DNA from: Lachnospiraceae bacterium
GTDB taxonomy: Bacteria > Bacillota > Clostridia > Lachnospirales > Lachnospiraceae
NCBI GenBank assembly: GCA_015056915.1
Contig: SVFK01000008.1
Location: forward strand, 42,624 to 106,623
DNA: 64,000 nucleotides
Reading direction: 5' to 3'
Below, one piece after another: positions 49,543-59,953 of the stretch (positions within the stretch are counted from its first letter, which is position 1; each line of letters begins with the position of its first letter). The notes beneath the pieces are model-generated. The model did not search any database. It had not been told where the DNA came from and saw only the letters and a program-made list of their open reading frames with translations. A program made the position numbers and the translations under genes.

Positions 49543-50844
49543 TTGGATACCTCAGGTGTCATACAATTTATAGTTTTACTTATTTTAGTTATTTTGTCCG
49601 GTTTCTTTTCCTCTGCAGAAACGGCGCTTACTACGGTGAATCGTGTACGGATGCGCGCATTGGAGGAGGAAGGTAATAAACGGGCAGCCAAGGTCAACAA
49701 AATTCTCAGCAATTACGGCAAAATGCTAAGTGCTATACTAATTGGCAATAACATTGTCAATCTGACAGCATCTTCTCTGGCAACAACCCTTGCTTTGCGC
49801 ATTAATCTGGCAGTCGGTATTGCAACCAGTATTTTAACGGTGGTAGTACTTCTCTGCGGCGAGATTGTTCCCAAAACATGGGCTATGCTCTCCTCGGAAA
49901 AATTATCCCTGATGTACAGTGGCATGATATATTTTCTAATGCAGGTACTCACTCCTGTTATTTTTATTGTGGACAAAATGTCCGGTGCTATTTTACGGCT
50001 GCTACATATTGATCCTAACAAAAAAGCATCTGCCATGACGGAATCCGAGCTTAAGACTTATGTGGATGTCAGTCATGAGGATGGTGTTATTGAATCGGAA
50101 GAGCGCGAAATGATTTTAAATCTATTTGATTATTCCGATGCGCTTGCCAAGGATGTTATGATTCCCCGTATCAACATGGTAACCGTCAGTGTAGAGGCTT
50201 CTTATGATGACGTGTTGGAAATCTTCCGTGAATCCATGTACACACGCCTTCCTGTATATCGCGAGGATAAGGACAATATTATCGGTCTTATCAATATCAA
50301 GGACTTCATCCTCACCGATGATAAAGAAGCCTTCTGCGTGGAAGATATTATTCGTAAAGGTCATTATACCTACGAGTATAAAAAGGTTGCTGATTTAATG
50401 TATGAAATGCGTGAGAAATCCACAAACGTGACCTTTGTCCTCAATGAGTACGGCGCAACTGTAGGTATGATAACCGTGGAAGACCTGCTGGAGGAAATTG
50501 TAGGCGAGATACGTGACGAATACGATGAAGATGAGAAAGAATTGATACAGGAAACAGAAAACGGCTCCTACTTAATAGAAGGCAGTATGAAGCTTGATGA
50601 CATTAACGATGTCCTGGGAACCGAATTTGAAAGTGAAGATTATGATTCTATCGGCGGTATTATTATTGAATATCTTGACAGGCTTCCCGAGGATAACGAA
50701 GAAGTAACCTTAGCGGATGGCACCATCCTAAAGGTACAGGGTATTGACCAGAATCGTATTGTTAAAGTACATCTGACGCTTCCTGAGAAGCTTGATGAGG
50801 AGGAGGCAGAAGTTGCCAAAGAATCCTCAGACTCAGACGCTTAA
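49543..50844 (+). CDS. CNNM/HlyC/CorC family transporter (DUF21-CBS-CorC)
   Basis: SGFFSSAETA, ILIGNNIVN, GEIVPK, CBS pair, EDLLEEIVGEIRDEYD; TTG start behind AAGGAG. Confidence 0.92.
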   Translation: MDTSGVIQFIVLLILVILSGFFSSAETALTTVNRVRMRALEEEGNKRAAKVNKILSNYGKMLSAILIGNNIVNLTASSLATTLALRINLAVGIATSILTVVVLLCGEIVPKTWAMLSSEKLSLMYSGMIYFLMQVLTPVIFIVDKMSGAILRLLHIDPNKKASAMTESELKTYVDVSHEDGVIESEEREMILNLFDYSDALAKDVMIPRINMVTVSVEASYDDVLEIFRESMYTRLPVYREDKDNIIGLINIKDFILTDDKEAFCVEDIIRKGHYTYEYKKVADLMYEMREKSTNVTFVLNEYGATVGMITVEDLLEEIVGEIRDEYDEDEKELIQETENGSYLIEGSMKLDDINDVLGTEFESEDYDSIGGIIIEYLDRLPEDNEEVTLADGTILKVQGIDQNRIVKVHLTLPEKLDEEEAEVAKESSDSDA

Positions 50845-50855
50845 CTTGGAAAACT

Positions 50856-51416
50856 AATAAATGGTAGTCCTTTCCGGAAACGGCAGTCGCCGGGTCGAAA
50901 TGCGGAGCAAAAAATGTGGTGTTTCTGGCAGATGCGTCCTTTGAAATCCCTTATTATTTGTGTCTTTTCAACAGAACACACTCCTACCGCAGATTGATTC
51001 GCTTCGGGAGTACAGGGATATGTTGTCCGAAACCAAATGTGTGAATTTCTTATGTGCGCAACTTTGGAATAGGGTTCGTGTTTTTATGGTCTTGAACAAA
51101 AATAGCGCCGTGTGCGCGGTGGGCGGAAAGTGATTCTTTTTCAGCTTTCCGCCCACCGCGCACACGGCGCTATTTTTGTCCCAGCTCATAAAAAGCACGA
51201 ACAATCGAAAATTCCAAAGTTAGCACATTTAGAAATCCCATCATTTGTTTCGCAACATATCCCTGTACTCCCGAAGCGGACAAATCGCGGGGAGCGTGTT
51301 CAGGTGAAAAGACACAAACTCGATTTCAAAGGGCGCATCTGCCAGAAACACCACATTTTTTGCTCCGCATTTCGACCCGGCGATTGCAACTTCCGAAAAG
51401 AACTCCCATTTTTATT
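50856..51416. repeat. ~560-bp imperfect palindrome; possible non-autonomous mobile element
   Basis: Arms are reverse-complementary over their whole length, with bulges. Central 35-bp perfect stem 51096-51130 / 51145-51179. Shares blocks with 4675-4814. Confidence 0.92.
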
Positions 51417-51433
51417 GCCCACCTTATTCTTCT

Positions 51434-52747
51434 TTAAAAGATAACTCTGATAGTAGTCCCTTTACCGGGATTACTATCTAATTCTATCTGCGCATTATGC
51501 TTTGCGATAATATGCTTTACAATAGCCAGGCCTAAGCCCGTACCTCCGGTAGATTTTGACCGACTCTTATCCACTCTGTAGAAACGCTCAAATATTCTTT
51601 CCTGATGCTCCTTGGGAATTCCGATACCGGTATCCTTTACCACCAAATGGGTATGACCGTCTCTTTCATATACCTCTACATCCACTCTTCCGCCCACATT
51701 GTTATAGCGAATGGCATTATCGCAAAGATTAAATAATAGCTCCTCCAGCATCTGTTTATTGCCGTTTACAGAGCTATTCTCACCCTGAATGGATATGGTT
51801 ACATGATGCTTTTCTGCGTTCAGCGTAAGCATCTCAACACAAGTGCCTGCCAATTCAAACAGATTCAATCGTTCCAGCACTACTTCTTCCTCTGCACCAT
51901 CCAATTCAGACAAGCGTATAATATCATTAATGAGTGTCAACAATCGATTGGCACTGCTGTGAATCCCATGTGCAAACCGCACCACATCAGTCTCAGAAGC
52001 CATTCCCGTCTCTATCAGCTCTGCATAACCGGAAATAGAGGTAAGCGGCGTTTTTAATTCATGAGAAACATTCGCTGTAAATTCCTGTCGTATCTTTGCA
52101 TTTTTAATAATATCCTGATGCTGCTCCCGTATCATGTTAATAAAAGGGGTAAGCTCCTCATACTCCGTAGCATCATCCTGCTCATCCAGATTCTCCGCCA
52201 GCTGCTCGATCGGTACAATCAGCTTTCCTGTCAAAAAATGAGCCATTGTCAGACACAACACCAGCAATATTACAAAGATAACCAGCAGACTGGGGAGGGC
52301 TCTGCCGAAAATACTATAAATACTTCCGGCATCCTTTGCCACTCTCAACACACTTCCATCCTGCATACGAACGGCATAATAAAAGGTATTCCGGGATAAG
52401 GTTTCCGAATTACGTACGGCCTGCCCCTCTCCCGTCTCCATTGCTTCAATGATTTCCGGACGTCGACTATGGTTTTCCATCTGCTCCTGTTCTGCCTCAT
52501 TATCAAATTGAACGTCACCATCTTCACCAATTAAGGTTACGCGCAATTTTTCCTCTTCCAGACCGGTAGCAAGACGTTGTATATCCTCTGCGGTATGATA
52601 TTCTTTAAGCAGTGTTGCATAGGAACGCAAATCATCCATCATCTGCCGTCTGAACAAGTCATAGTACACTAATGTAATCAACAGCATTGTCATAAAGATG
52701 GCAAGCGTTGCAATCAACATCAGCATCTTATTAATTTTTCTTTTCAT
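51434..52747 (-). CDS. phoR: Sensor histidine kinase, PhoR-like
   Basis: 2 TM; ENHSRRPEI; FTANVSHELKTPLT; NLCDNAIRY; FERFYRVDKSRS; GTGLGL; next to pst/phoU. Confidence 0.85.
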   Translation of the reverse strand: MKRKINKMLMLIATLAIFMTMLLITLVYYDLFRRQMMDDLRSYATLLKEYHTAEDIQRLATGLEEEKLRVTLIGEDGDVQFDNEAEQEQMENHSRRPEIIEAMETGEGQAVRNSETLSRNTFYYAVRMQDGSVLRVAKDAGSIYSIFGRALPSLLVIFVILLVLCLTMAHFLTGKLIVPIEQLAENLDEQDDATEYEELTPFINMIREQHQDIIKNAKIRQEFTANVSHELKTPLTSISGYAELIETGMASETDVVRFAHGIHSSANRLLTLINDIIRLSELDGAEEEVVLERLNLFELAGTCVEMLTLNAEKHHVTISIQGENSSVNGNKQMLEELLFNLCDNAIRYNNVGGRVDVEVYERDGHTHLVVKDTGIGIPKEHQERIFERFYRVDKSRSKSTGGTGLGLAIVKHIIAKHNAQIELDSNPGKGTTIRVIF

Positions 52748-52752
52748 ACATT

Positions 52753-53439
52753 CTAAGCCTTATCCGTATTCATAATATAACCCACATTACGCACGGTTTT
52801 AATCAGACTGCCTTCTTCCTTAAGCTTCTGGCGAAGGGTTTTAATATGCATATCCAAGGTCCTGGACTCCCCTTCAAAATCAATTCCCCAGATACGGTCC
52901 AGAATCACTTCTCTGGTTGTGACAATGCCTGCATTAACCATAAGAAGCTTTAATAACTCATATTCCTTATAGGTTAACTCGCACAACGTATCATTTACAA
53001 ACACAGCATGCTTTTCCCGATCCAGTACAATATTACCTAACCGCAAAAGTTTTTCCTTTTCTTCCGGCTTGGCGCTTCTGCGAAGCATGGCTTTTACCCG
53101 GGAAATCAATTCCATAACTCCGAAGGGCTTCGTTATATAATCATCCGCTCCGATGTCCAAGCCCTTTACTTTATCGATTTCTGTAGTCTTGGCTGTTACC
53201 ATAATAATTGGAATCGTAACCGTATCCTGACGAAGACGCAGCTTTTTAACAAGGGATAATCCGTCCTCATCCGGCAGCATAATATCCAGCAGAATCAGAT
53301 CCGGTAATTCTCTATTTAAGGCTTCCAGAAAATCCCCGGCAGAGTCAAAGCCCTCTACCTGATATCCTACGTTGGTCAAAGCAAAGGTCTCTATCTCCTG
53401 AATGCTCTTATCATCCTCAACCACATATATCAATGCCAT
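52753..53439 (-). CDS. phoP: OmpR-family response regulator, PhoP/PhoB-like
   Basis: VEDD, LLDIMLP, GADDYITKPF, winged helix RTLDMHIKTLRQKL..TVRNVGY. Confidence 0.85.
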   Translation of the reverse strand: MALIYVVEDDKSIQEIETFALTNVGYQVEGFDSAGDFLEALNRELPDLILLDIMLPDEDGLSLVKKLRLRQDTVTIPIIMVTAKTTEIDKVKGLDIGADDYITKPFGVMELISRVKAMLRRSAKPEEKEKLLRLGNIVLDREKHAVFVNDTLCELTYKEYELLKLLMVNAGIVTTREVILDRIWGIDFEGESRTLDMHIKTLRQKLKEEGSLIKTVRNVGYIMNTDKA

Positions 53440-53469
53440 TTCTATTCCACCCTTCTGTCTATCACAGGC

Positions 53470-55239
53470 TTACGGAAGCTGATAACGCTCTCTGTAAGTC
53501 ATCACTTTACCGCGGAAGTCAATATTATCATCCCTCTTTAATTCATCCAGATATGCATGAGTATCAAATTCGTCCTCACTTACTTCGAGCAGACACACTG
53601 CAATATTGGAACAGTGATCAGACACACGCTCAAAGTTGGTAACGATATCTGACAGAACAAATCCAAGCTCAATGGTACATTTTCCCTTGCGCAGACGCTT
53701 TATATGTCTCTGCTTAATATCAAGATTCAAGCCATCAATTACCTCTTCCAAAGGTTCTACCTGCTTTGCCAGAGCAAGGTCCTCCTCGTTAAAGCTCAAC
53801 ATGGTTATCTGTAAAATATCATGCACTGCTCTCTCCAGCACTTCCAATTCCGCCTGAGCTTTATCTGAAAATTCCAGCTTCTTTAAATGCATTTCCTCAG
53901 CAGCTTCCTTGATGTTGCGTGCATGATCTGAAATTCTTTCAAAATCACCGATACAATGAAGAATGGTATTAAGGGTATGACTATCCTTACCCAGCAGATT
54001 CTTGGCACTCAATTTTACCAGATAGCTTCCCAGTTCATCCTCAAAAGTATCAACCTTACTCTCCAGAGCCACAACACGTGCCGCCTTTTCCTCTGTGTAT
54101 TCCTTAAAGAGTGACATACTCAGATTCATAGCCTCCTCTGCCAGACCTGCCATTACAGTAGCTACACTGCGGCTTTGCTCCACTGCATAGGAAGGAGTCT
54201 CTAAAAAGCGAGGATCCAAAAGTCCAAGTGTTTTGTCTTCTTCCACCGTAATCTCCGGAATTTCTTCTTCTCTGATAGTCATAGAAGCCAACTTTACCAA
54301 GCCCTTTGAAAAAGGCAGGAGACACACGGTTGCCGCAATATTAAATACACTATGCACTGCTGCAATGCCGAAAGGAGTGGCTGCATCCTCCATAAAAGCA
54401 AAAGGATTTACTGCATTGATAGCGTAGAACACCACCATAAACAATACCGTACCGATAACATTAAAATACAGATGCACCAAAGCAGTTCTTCTTGCATTTT
54501 TGGATGCACCTACGCCGGAAATCATAGCTGTTACACAGGTACCGATATTCTGACCCATGATAATCGGAATCGCTGCGCCATAGCCGACTGCGCCGGTTGC
54601 ACACAATGCCTGCAGGATACCTACGGATGCAGAAGAAGACTGAATCACAGCTGTAAGAACCATACCTGCCAACATACCTAATATAGGATTGGAGAATCTG
54701 GTAAGAATGCTAGTAAACTCAGGCACGTCTCTCAGTCCCTTTACCGCGCCGCTCATAGTATCCATACCAAACATTAACACGGCAAATCCCACTAAAATAA
54801 TCGCTGTAGATTTATGCTTGTCCTTCTTGGAGAACAGCATAAGCGCCACACCGATAAGTGCCAATATCGGAGAAAAGGATGTGGGCTTTAATAGCTGTAC
54901 GAAAAAGGATGAGCTGTCTATTCCTGATAGACCCAGAATCCAGGAGGTAATGGTAGTACCCACATTGGCACCCATAATAATACCCACTGCCTGCTCTAAT
55001 TTCATAATACCGGAGTTAACAAAACCGACTACCATAACTGTGGTAGCCGAGGAAGACTGAATCACTGCAGTCACACCTGCACCTACTAACACAGCCTTTA
55101 ACGGATTGTTGGTCAGCTTCTCCAGAATACGCTCCAAACGTCCGCCGGATGCCTGAGACAAACCATCTCCCATAAGATTCATTCCGTAGAGGAAAAGTGC
55201 CAATCCCCCTATCATGGTCAGAAAATCAAAGAAACTCAT
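53470..55239 (-). CDS. Na+/Pi cotransporter family protein with PhoU-like C-terminal domains
   Basis: Two QSSS repeats with GANVGT/GQNIGT; C-terminal ERISDH and ERVSDH. Confidence 0.93.
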   Translation of the reverse strand: MSFFDFLTMIGGLALFLYGMNLMGDGLSQASGGRLERILEKLTNNPLKAVLVGAGVTAVIQSSSATTVMVVGFVNSGIMKLEQAVGIIMGANVGTTITSWILGLSGIDSSSFFVQLLKPTSFSPILALIGVALMLFSKKDKHKSTAIILVGFAVLMFGMDTMSGAVKGLRDVPEFTSILTRFSNPILGMLAGMVLTAVIQSSSASVGILQALCATGAVGYGAAIPIIMGQNIGTCVTAMISGVGASKNARRTALVHLYFNVIGTVLFMVVFYAINAVNPFAFMEDAATPFGIAAVHSVFNIAATVCLLPFSKGLVKLASMTIREEEIPEITVEEDKTLGLLDPRFLETPSYAVEQSRSVATVMAGLAEEAMNLSMSLFKEYTEEKAARVVALESKVDTFEDELGSYLVKLSAKNLLGKDSHTLNTILHCIGDFERISDHARNIKEAAEEMHLKKLEFSDKAQAELEVLERAVHDILQITMLSFNEEDLALAKQVEPLEEVIDGLNLDIKQRHIKRLRKGKCTIELGFVLSDIVTNFERVSDHCSNIAVCLLEVSEDEFDTHAYLDELKRDDNIDFRGKVMTYRERYQLP

Positions 55240-55345
55240 AACAAAATCCTCTCTTTTTACTTTTGCATTTTAAGTTATTATTTTACTTTATTTTCAATAT
55301 ATTTTTACATATATTGCAACGTATAATTGCATTTTAACTTATCTA

Positions 55346-55384
55346 TGTAAAAAATGTAACCATGTTATGTAAAATTTATGTAAA
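55346..55384 (-). promoter_or_regulatory. Pho-box-like TTACA repeats upstream of the Na/Pi cotransporter
   Basis: TTACA four times on the minus strand (55383, 55372, 55359, 55350); the first pair has 11-bp period. Confidence 0.6.
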
Positions 55385-55416
55385 ATATATCATTAGGGAA
55401 AGCTAATATACCCATT

Positions 55417-56082
55417 CTAATACAGCTGTACGCCCTGCATATCGCCCGTAACCAGAAAAATAGACCATTCACCTATATTTACGGCGTGGTCCCCGATTTT
55501 TTCCAAATACTTGGCAACCATCAGATAATCCACCACCTTATCCGCATCCAAATCCTGTACACGAATTGCATTCATCATTTTCTCTTTCATTTCATTAAAC
55601 TGCTCATCAACAATATCATCGTGGGAAATAACCTCCCTCGCAGCCTGCTCATCGCCGTCCACAAAGGCTTCCACCGCCTCATGTAACATACCCTTTGCCT
55701 CCTCCATCATCTTAGCAAGCATATGCTCGTATTCTCCTTCCGCAAAAACACCACCCATTCGCAGGTACAGCTCAGCGATATCAGACACATGGTCGCCTAC
55801 TCTTTCAATATCTGTTACAACCTTCAGGGCTGAGGATACCAATCGTAAATCCTTTGCCACCGGTTGCTGCTTTGTAAGCAGTGTCAGGCATTTTGCTTCA
55901 ATACTCCTCTGCATATCCATCATCTGGCGGTCATTATCCAGCAGCTGCTTAAGGGATTCTCTGTCATTTGCTCTTACTGCATATACCAACCTGTCATAGC
56001 TGATTTCCGCACGCACTCCCATTTCTGCTACCTTTGTCTTTAATAATTCCAATTCCTGTTCAAATATAATTCTTGGTGACAT
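55417..56082 (-). CDS. phoU: Phosphate signalling protein PhoU
   Basis: QQPVAKDLR, DIERVGDH, YLEKIGDHAVNI. Confidence 0.95.
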   Translation of the reverse strand: MSPRIIFEQELELLKTKVAEMGVRAEISYDRLVYAVRANDRESLKQLLDNDRQMMDMQRSIEAKCLTLLTKQQPVAKDLRLVSSALKVVTDIERVGDHVSDIAELYLRMGGVFAEGEYEHMLAKMMEEAKGMLHEAVEAFVDGDEQAAREVISHDDIVDEQFNEMKEKMMNAIRVQDLDADKVVDYLMVAKYLEKIGDHAVNIGEWSIFLVTGDMQGVQLY

Positions 56083-56131
56083 ATTTTCTCACTCCACTTT
56101 CTAACTCAATATTTCTCGTTCACATACCTTA

Positions 56132-56890
56132 TTATCCAAATCTACCGGTAATATAATCCTCAGTTCTTTTATCTCTGGGGCGGGCAAAGATATCATGAGT
56201 AGAACCGGCTTCTATCACCTCACCCATCAGAAAAAATGCTGTTTCGTCCGACACTCGCGCAGCCTGTTGCATATTATGTGTTACAATGGCAATCGTATAT
56301 TTGGTCTTTAAGCTTTCCATCAGTTCCTCGATCTTCAAGGTGGAAATCGGGTCTAGTGCAGAAGTAGGTTCATCCATCAGCAAAACCTCCGGCTCAACCG
56401 CCAATGCCCTTGCAATACACAATCGTTGCTGTTGACCTCCCGACAATCCCATGGCAGATTTATTTAAGCGTTCCTTGACCTCATCAAAAATCACTGCCCC
56501 GCGCAGTGCATTTTCCACAATTTCATCCAGACGGCTCTTACTTTTAATACCATGTAATCTGGGACCATAAGCAACATTGTCATATACGGACATAGGAAAA
56601 GGATTGGGCTGTTGAAATACCATTCCTACCTTTTTACGAAGCAGTGTCGTATCTACTCGTTTGTCGTAAATATCCTCCCCATCCAGAAGCACTGTGCCTT
56701 CAACTCTCGCTGTTGACACCAAATCGTTCATCCGGTTGAGACATTTTAAGAAAGTGGATTTTCCGCAACCACTGGGTCCGATAAATGCAGTAATAGCATT
56801 TTTTCTGATTTTCATAGTTACATTTTTAAGCGCATGATTATCTCCGTAATATAAATTTAAATTTTTCACTGCAATTTTTGTTGTTTCCAT
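56132..56890 (-). CDS. pstB: Phosphate ABC transporter ATPase
   Basis: [39 protein letters not shown]. Confidence 0.97.
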   Translation of the reverse strand: METTKIAVKNLNLYYGDNHALKNVTMKIRKNAITAFIGPSGCGKSTFLKCLNRMNDLVSTARVEGTVLLDGEDIYDKRVDTTLLRKKVGMVFQQPNPFPMSVYDNVAYGPRLHGIKSKSRLDEIVENALRGAVIFDEVKERLNKSAMGLSGGQQQRLCIARALAVEPEVLLMDEPTSALDPISTLKIEELMESLKTKYTIAIVTHNMQQAARVSDETAFFLMGEVIEAGSTHDIFARPRDKRTEDYITGRFG

Positions 56891-56915
56891 TACTTTGTCT
56901 ATCTCCTTTTCGTGC

Positions 56916-57803
56916 CTATACTGCCTTAAGCTTCCTTGCTGCCAGCTTAGTAAGCAGATTAAGCGCCAACACAATGATAATTAGCACACAGCCAATACCA
57001 AATGCCGTATCATATTGTCCCTTTTGCATCTGCAAATACATCTCAATGGTCAGTGTGCCGCCGGATTCCGTTACCTTGGAAGCTAACTTGCCCAGATTCT
57101 CTGTAAAGCTGTTCACAAATTGCGGGAGCTTATATGCGCTTCCTGCAGTAAATAAAAGTGCAGCCGACTCACCCACAATACGCCCCAGTGCCAGAATCAC
57201 ACCTGTTACAATACCCGACATGGAAGAGGGTAATAAAATCGTCCGAATCATATACCATTTTGTAGCGCCAAGCCCTATTGCACCGCCTCGATAGCTGTCC
57301 GGCACGGTACGCAGCGCCTCCTGCGTGTTCCTGGTAATCAGCGGGAGTACCATCAAAGTCAATGTCAGTGAGCCGGTCAGAATAGAATAACCCAGTCCCA
57401 AGGTTTCACCAAAGAAAACCATACCAAACAAGCCAAAAATAATAGAAGGAATACCTGCCAGTGTCTCTGTCGTAAATTCAATCAAAGACACGATTTTACC
57501 CGGCTTGGCATATTCATTTAAATAAATTGCGGAGCCCACCCCTATGGGAGTTGCAATAAGAAGCGTGAGCACTATAATATAAACGGTATTTACGATATTG
57601 CCCAGAATACCTGCCGTCTGTTTTAAGGCACTGGTAACTGTGGTCAGGAAGGTCCATGACACGGTGTGAAAGCCTTTGAAAAATACATAACCGATAATAC
57701 CGAAAAGTACAGCAACCGCCACTGTCGCCGATATGTATATGGCAGTCTTTAACAAGGTATCAAGAGGACGTTTTCTTTTTACCATTAAGGTATTCCTACT
57801 CAT
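56916..57803 (-). CDS. pstA: Phosphate ABC transporter permease
   Basis: [30 protein letters not shown]. Confidence 0.94.
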   Translation of the reverse strand: MSRNTLMVKRKRPLDTLLKTAIYISATVAVAVLFGIIGYVFFKGFHTVSWTFLTTVTSALKQTAGILGNIVNTVYIIVLTLLIATPIGVGSAIYLNEYAKPGKIVSLIEFTTETLAGIPSIIFGLFGMVFFGETLGLGYSILTGSLTLTLMVLPLITRNTQEALRTVPDSYRGGAIGLGATKWYMIRTILLPSSMSGIVTGVILALGRIVGESAALLFTAGSAYKLPQFVNSFTENLGKLASKVTESGGTLTIEMYLQMQKGQYDTAFGIGCVLIIIVLALNLLTKLAARKLKAV

Positions 57804-58755
57804 TCTCCGACTCCCCCTTTTTTAATATTCTGCTCAAGGATATATTAATTAACATAATAAACACAAACAATACCAGTCCGATTGTAAACAGCACCCTTCG
57901 GTGCGTTCCCTGAGAATAACCCATCTCGCTGACAATGGCGGTAGTCAGAAAACGTACGGAATTAAAAGGAAGAGGCATATTTACACTGCTGCCGGACACC
58001 AGTGTAATTGCCATAGCCTCTCCTATGGCCCTGCCCACACCCAAAACAACAGCTGTGACGATACCTGATTTTGCGGCAGGGAGCATCATGCGAAATATAG
58101 TCTGCATATGAGATGCTCCCAATGCAAGGGATGCCGCTTTGATACTTGGCTGCACCGCCCGAATCGCAGTTTCACTGATATTGATTACTGTGGGCAGAAT
58201 CATAATAGCCAACACAATAACAGCCGACAACAGATTGGCACCACCGGTAAACTGATGTGTGGGTGAATCCTGAAACAGAGCAAGCTCCAGCTTATACATG
58301 AGAGGATTCAATAAATAAATTCCCAACAAACCATAGATTACAGAGGGGATTCCCGCCAGCAATTCTACTGCGGGCTTTACCATTGCTGCAATCCTTTTGG
58401 GTGCCACCTCCGCCAGAAAAACAGCTGTGAGCAGACCTATTGGGACTCCCAGCAAAATCGCCATTGCTGTGCCAATAATAGAGGTCAGAATTACATACAA
58501 AATACCATATTGCGGATTGGATGCTGTAGGCGCCCATACCGGGCCAAACAAAATTTCCGCAATCCCCACCTCAAAAATTGCCGGAGTTCCGCTTATCATC
58601 ATATATAAGGTAATGGCAACTACCGCCAGCACGGCGAAAAAGGCACAAATGGTAAATATCACTTGTGCCGCTGTTTCCACTACCGCTTTGTTTTTTCTAT
58701 TAACCATTACAGATGCGTGTGTTCCCATTTTCGCGTTTTCCTTTTCACTATTCAA
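57796..58755 (-). CDS. pstC: Phosphate ABC transporter permease
   Basis: ELLAGIPSVIYG, IMILPT, GRAIGEAMA. Confidence 0.94.
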   Translation of the reverse strand: MNSEKENAKMGTHASVMVNRKNKAVVETAAQVIFTICAFFAVLAVVAITLYMMISGTPAIFEVGIAEILFGPVWAPTASNPQYGILYVILTSIIGTAMAILLGVPIGLLTAVFLAEVAPKRIAAMVKPAVELLAGIPSVIYGLLGIYLLNPLMYKLELALFQDSPTHQFTGGANLLSAVIVLAIMILPTVINISETAIRAVQPSIKAASLALGASHMQTIFRMMLPAAKSGIVTAVVLGVGRAIGEAMAITLVSGSSVNMPLPFNSVRFLTTAIVSEMGYSQGTHRRVLFTIGLVLFVFIMLINISLSRILKKGESENE

Positions 58756-59593
58756 CTGTTATCAATCCAACCGACCGGGCAACCTCTTGTCCTTCCTCAC
58801 CAAGCACAAATCGAAACCACTCCTGCACCAATTCACTCTGGGCAGAAATCTCACCATTGGTAGCCATAACAAAAGGTCTGCTCAAAAAATAATTGCCTGC
58901 CTTAATGCTTTCTGCTGTTGCCGCAACACCGTCAAGTGCGAGCGCAATAACACTATCGTTCAGCGCATCTAAGGATACATATCCGATTGCACCGGGAGTT
59001 GCCGCAACCTTTGCCATCACTGCGCCGGTGCTGTCCAACTCATTGGCATAAGCACATGCATCCTCCAGCTCAAGCAATTCTTCAAAGGCACCTCTTGTAC
59101 CGCTTCCTGCCTCACGTCCCACTACAACAATGGGAGCATCTGCTCCGCCAACCTCACTCCAGTTGGTAATATTTCCGTTATAAATCTGAATCAGCTGCTC
59201 CTTTGACAGACCCATTACCGCATTGGTAGGATCTACACATACTGCAATACCATCGATTGCCACAATATTTTCCACCGCTCCTGCCTGCTTTTCTTCCTCC
59301 TTCAAGCTTCTGGATGAATTGCCGATATCTGCAGTCTTGTTATTTACTGCCTCAATTCCTGCGCCGGAGCCTACGAATTCCACCGTTACATTCACATCCG
59401 GGTATTTGTCCATAAACACCTCACTCAACGCATTTGCCAGCTTTTCCATAGAAGTACTGCCTACCATTTGTATAGAACCGGAAAGTGCTGTCTCATCCAC
59501 ACCTTGGCTGTCACTGCCGCAGGCTGTTAAGCTTCCCATTGCCAAAATGCATGCCCCTATCACTGCCAACAGTTTACTACTTTTTCTTCTCAT
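58748..59593 (-). CDS. pstS: Phosphate-binding lipoprotein
   Basis: Lipobox LTAC; GSTS, GSGAG, DIGNSSR, REAGSGTR, AIGYVS. Confidence 0.94.
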   Translation of the reverse strand: MRRKSSKLLAVIGACILAMGSLTACGSDSQGVDETALSGSIQMVGSTSMEKLANALSEVFMDKYPDVNVTVEFVGSGAGIEAVNNKTADIGNSSRSLKEEEKQAGAVENIVAIDGIAVCVDPTNAVMGLSKEQLIQIYNGNITNWSEVGGADAPIVVVGREAGSGTRGAFEELLELEDACAYANELDSTGAVMAKVAATPGAIGYVSLDALNDSVIALALDGVAATAESIKAGNYFLSRPFVMATNGEISAQSELVQEWFRFVLGEEGQEVARSVGLITVE

Positions 59594-59724
59594 AATATTT
59601 TCCTCCATCATGACTACGCAGCTTGTTTTTAAATTATTTTCATCAAATAACTGCGTTACTAATTAATATTTCTCGATTACGTCCTAATATTAGCATGTAC
59701 TTTTCAAGAAAAATATCATGTTAA

Positions 59725-59752
59725 GGTAAGCTGCATGTAATTTTTATGTAAA
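59725..59752 (-). promoter_or_regulatory. Pho box upstream of pstS
   Basis: Minus strand TTTACA-5-ATTACA-5-CTTACC at 11-bp period, resembling the PhoP TT(A/T/C)ACA repeat. Confidence 0.7.
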
Positions 59753-59779
59753 GTAGAAAAATCGAGAAAATTTGCAATG

Positions 59780-59810
59780 AAAAAAATAGCATTGCTTGTC
59801 ACAATGCTAT
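59780..59810 (-). terminator. Terminator of the 48-aa ORF
   Basis: ATAGCATTG-7 nt-CAATGCTAT followed by a T-run on the minus strand. Confidence 0.75.
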
Positions 59811-59953
59811 CTCTTCTGATTAATAGGCTGAATCCCTTCTTTGCGAACATTATGGGTCTGATTTTGATTTTCCGGTTTTACCTTCTGAGTAATGCTATTA
59901 TATTCATTAAGATTCTGCTGACGGTTAACACGTTCCTGCTCTTTCTTGTCCAT
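59807..59953 (-). CDS. Small hydrophilic Q/N-rich protein (48 aa), possibly spore-associated
   Basis: Hand translation MDKKEQERVNRQQNLNEYNSITQKVKPENQNQTHNVRKEGIQPINQKR; AGGAGG SD, own terminator and a sporulation-type promoter. Confidence 0.75.
   Translation of the reverse strand: MDKKEQERVNRQQNLNEYNSITQKVKPENQNQTHNVRKEGIQPINQKR

Noticed and set aside
50856-51416. Possible CRISPR array or self-cleaving ribozyme in the repeat
   Set aside because: The repeats are inverted, not direct with spacers, and no cas genes are present. I could not find hammerhead or other ribozyme core motifs by eye.
50968-51444. ORFs 50968-51204 (-) and 51112-51444 (+) inside the long palindrome
   Set aside because: No SD, no recognisable domain, and mirror-image peptide segments (AHRAHGAIF / PTAHTALF) are by-products of the inverted repeat.
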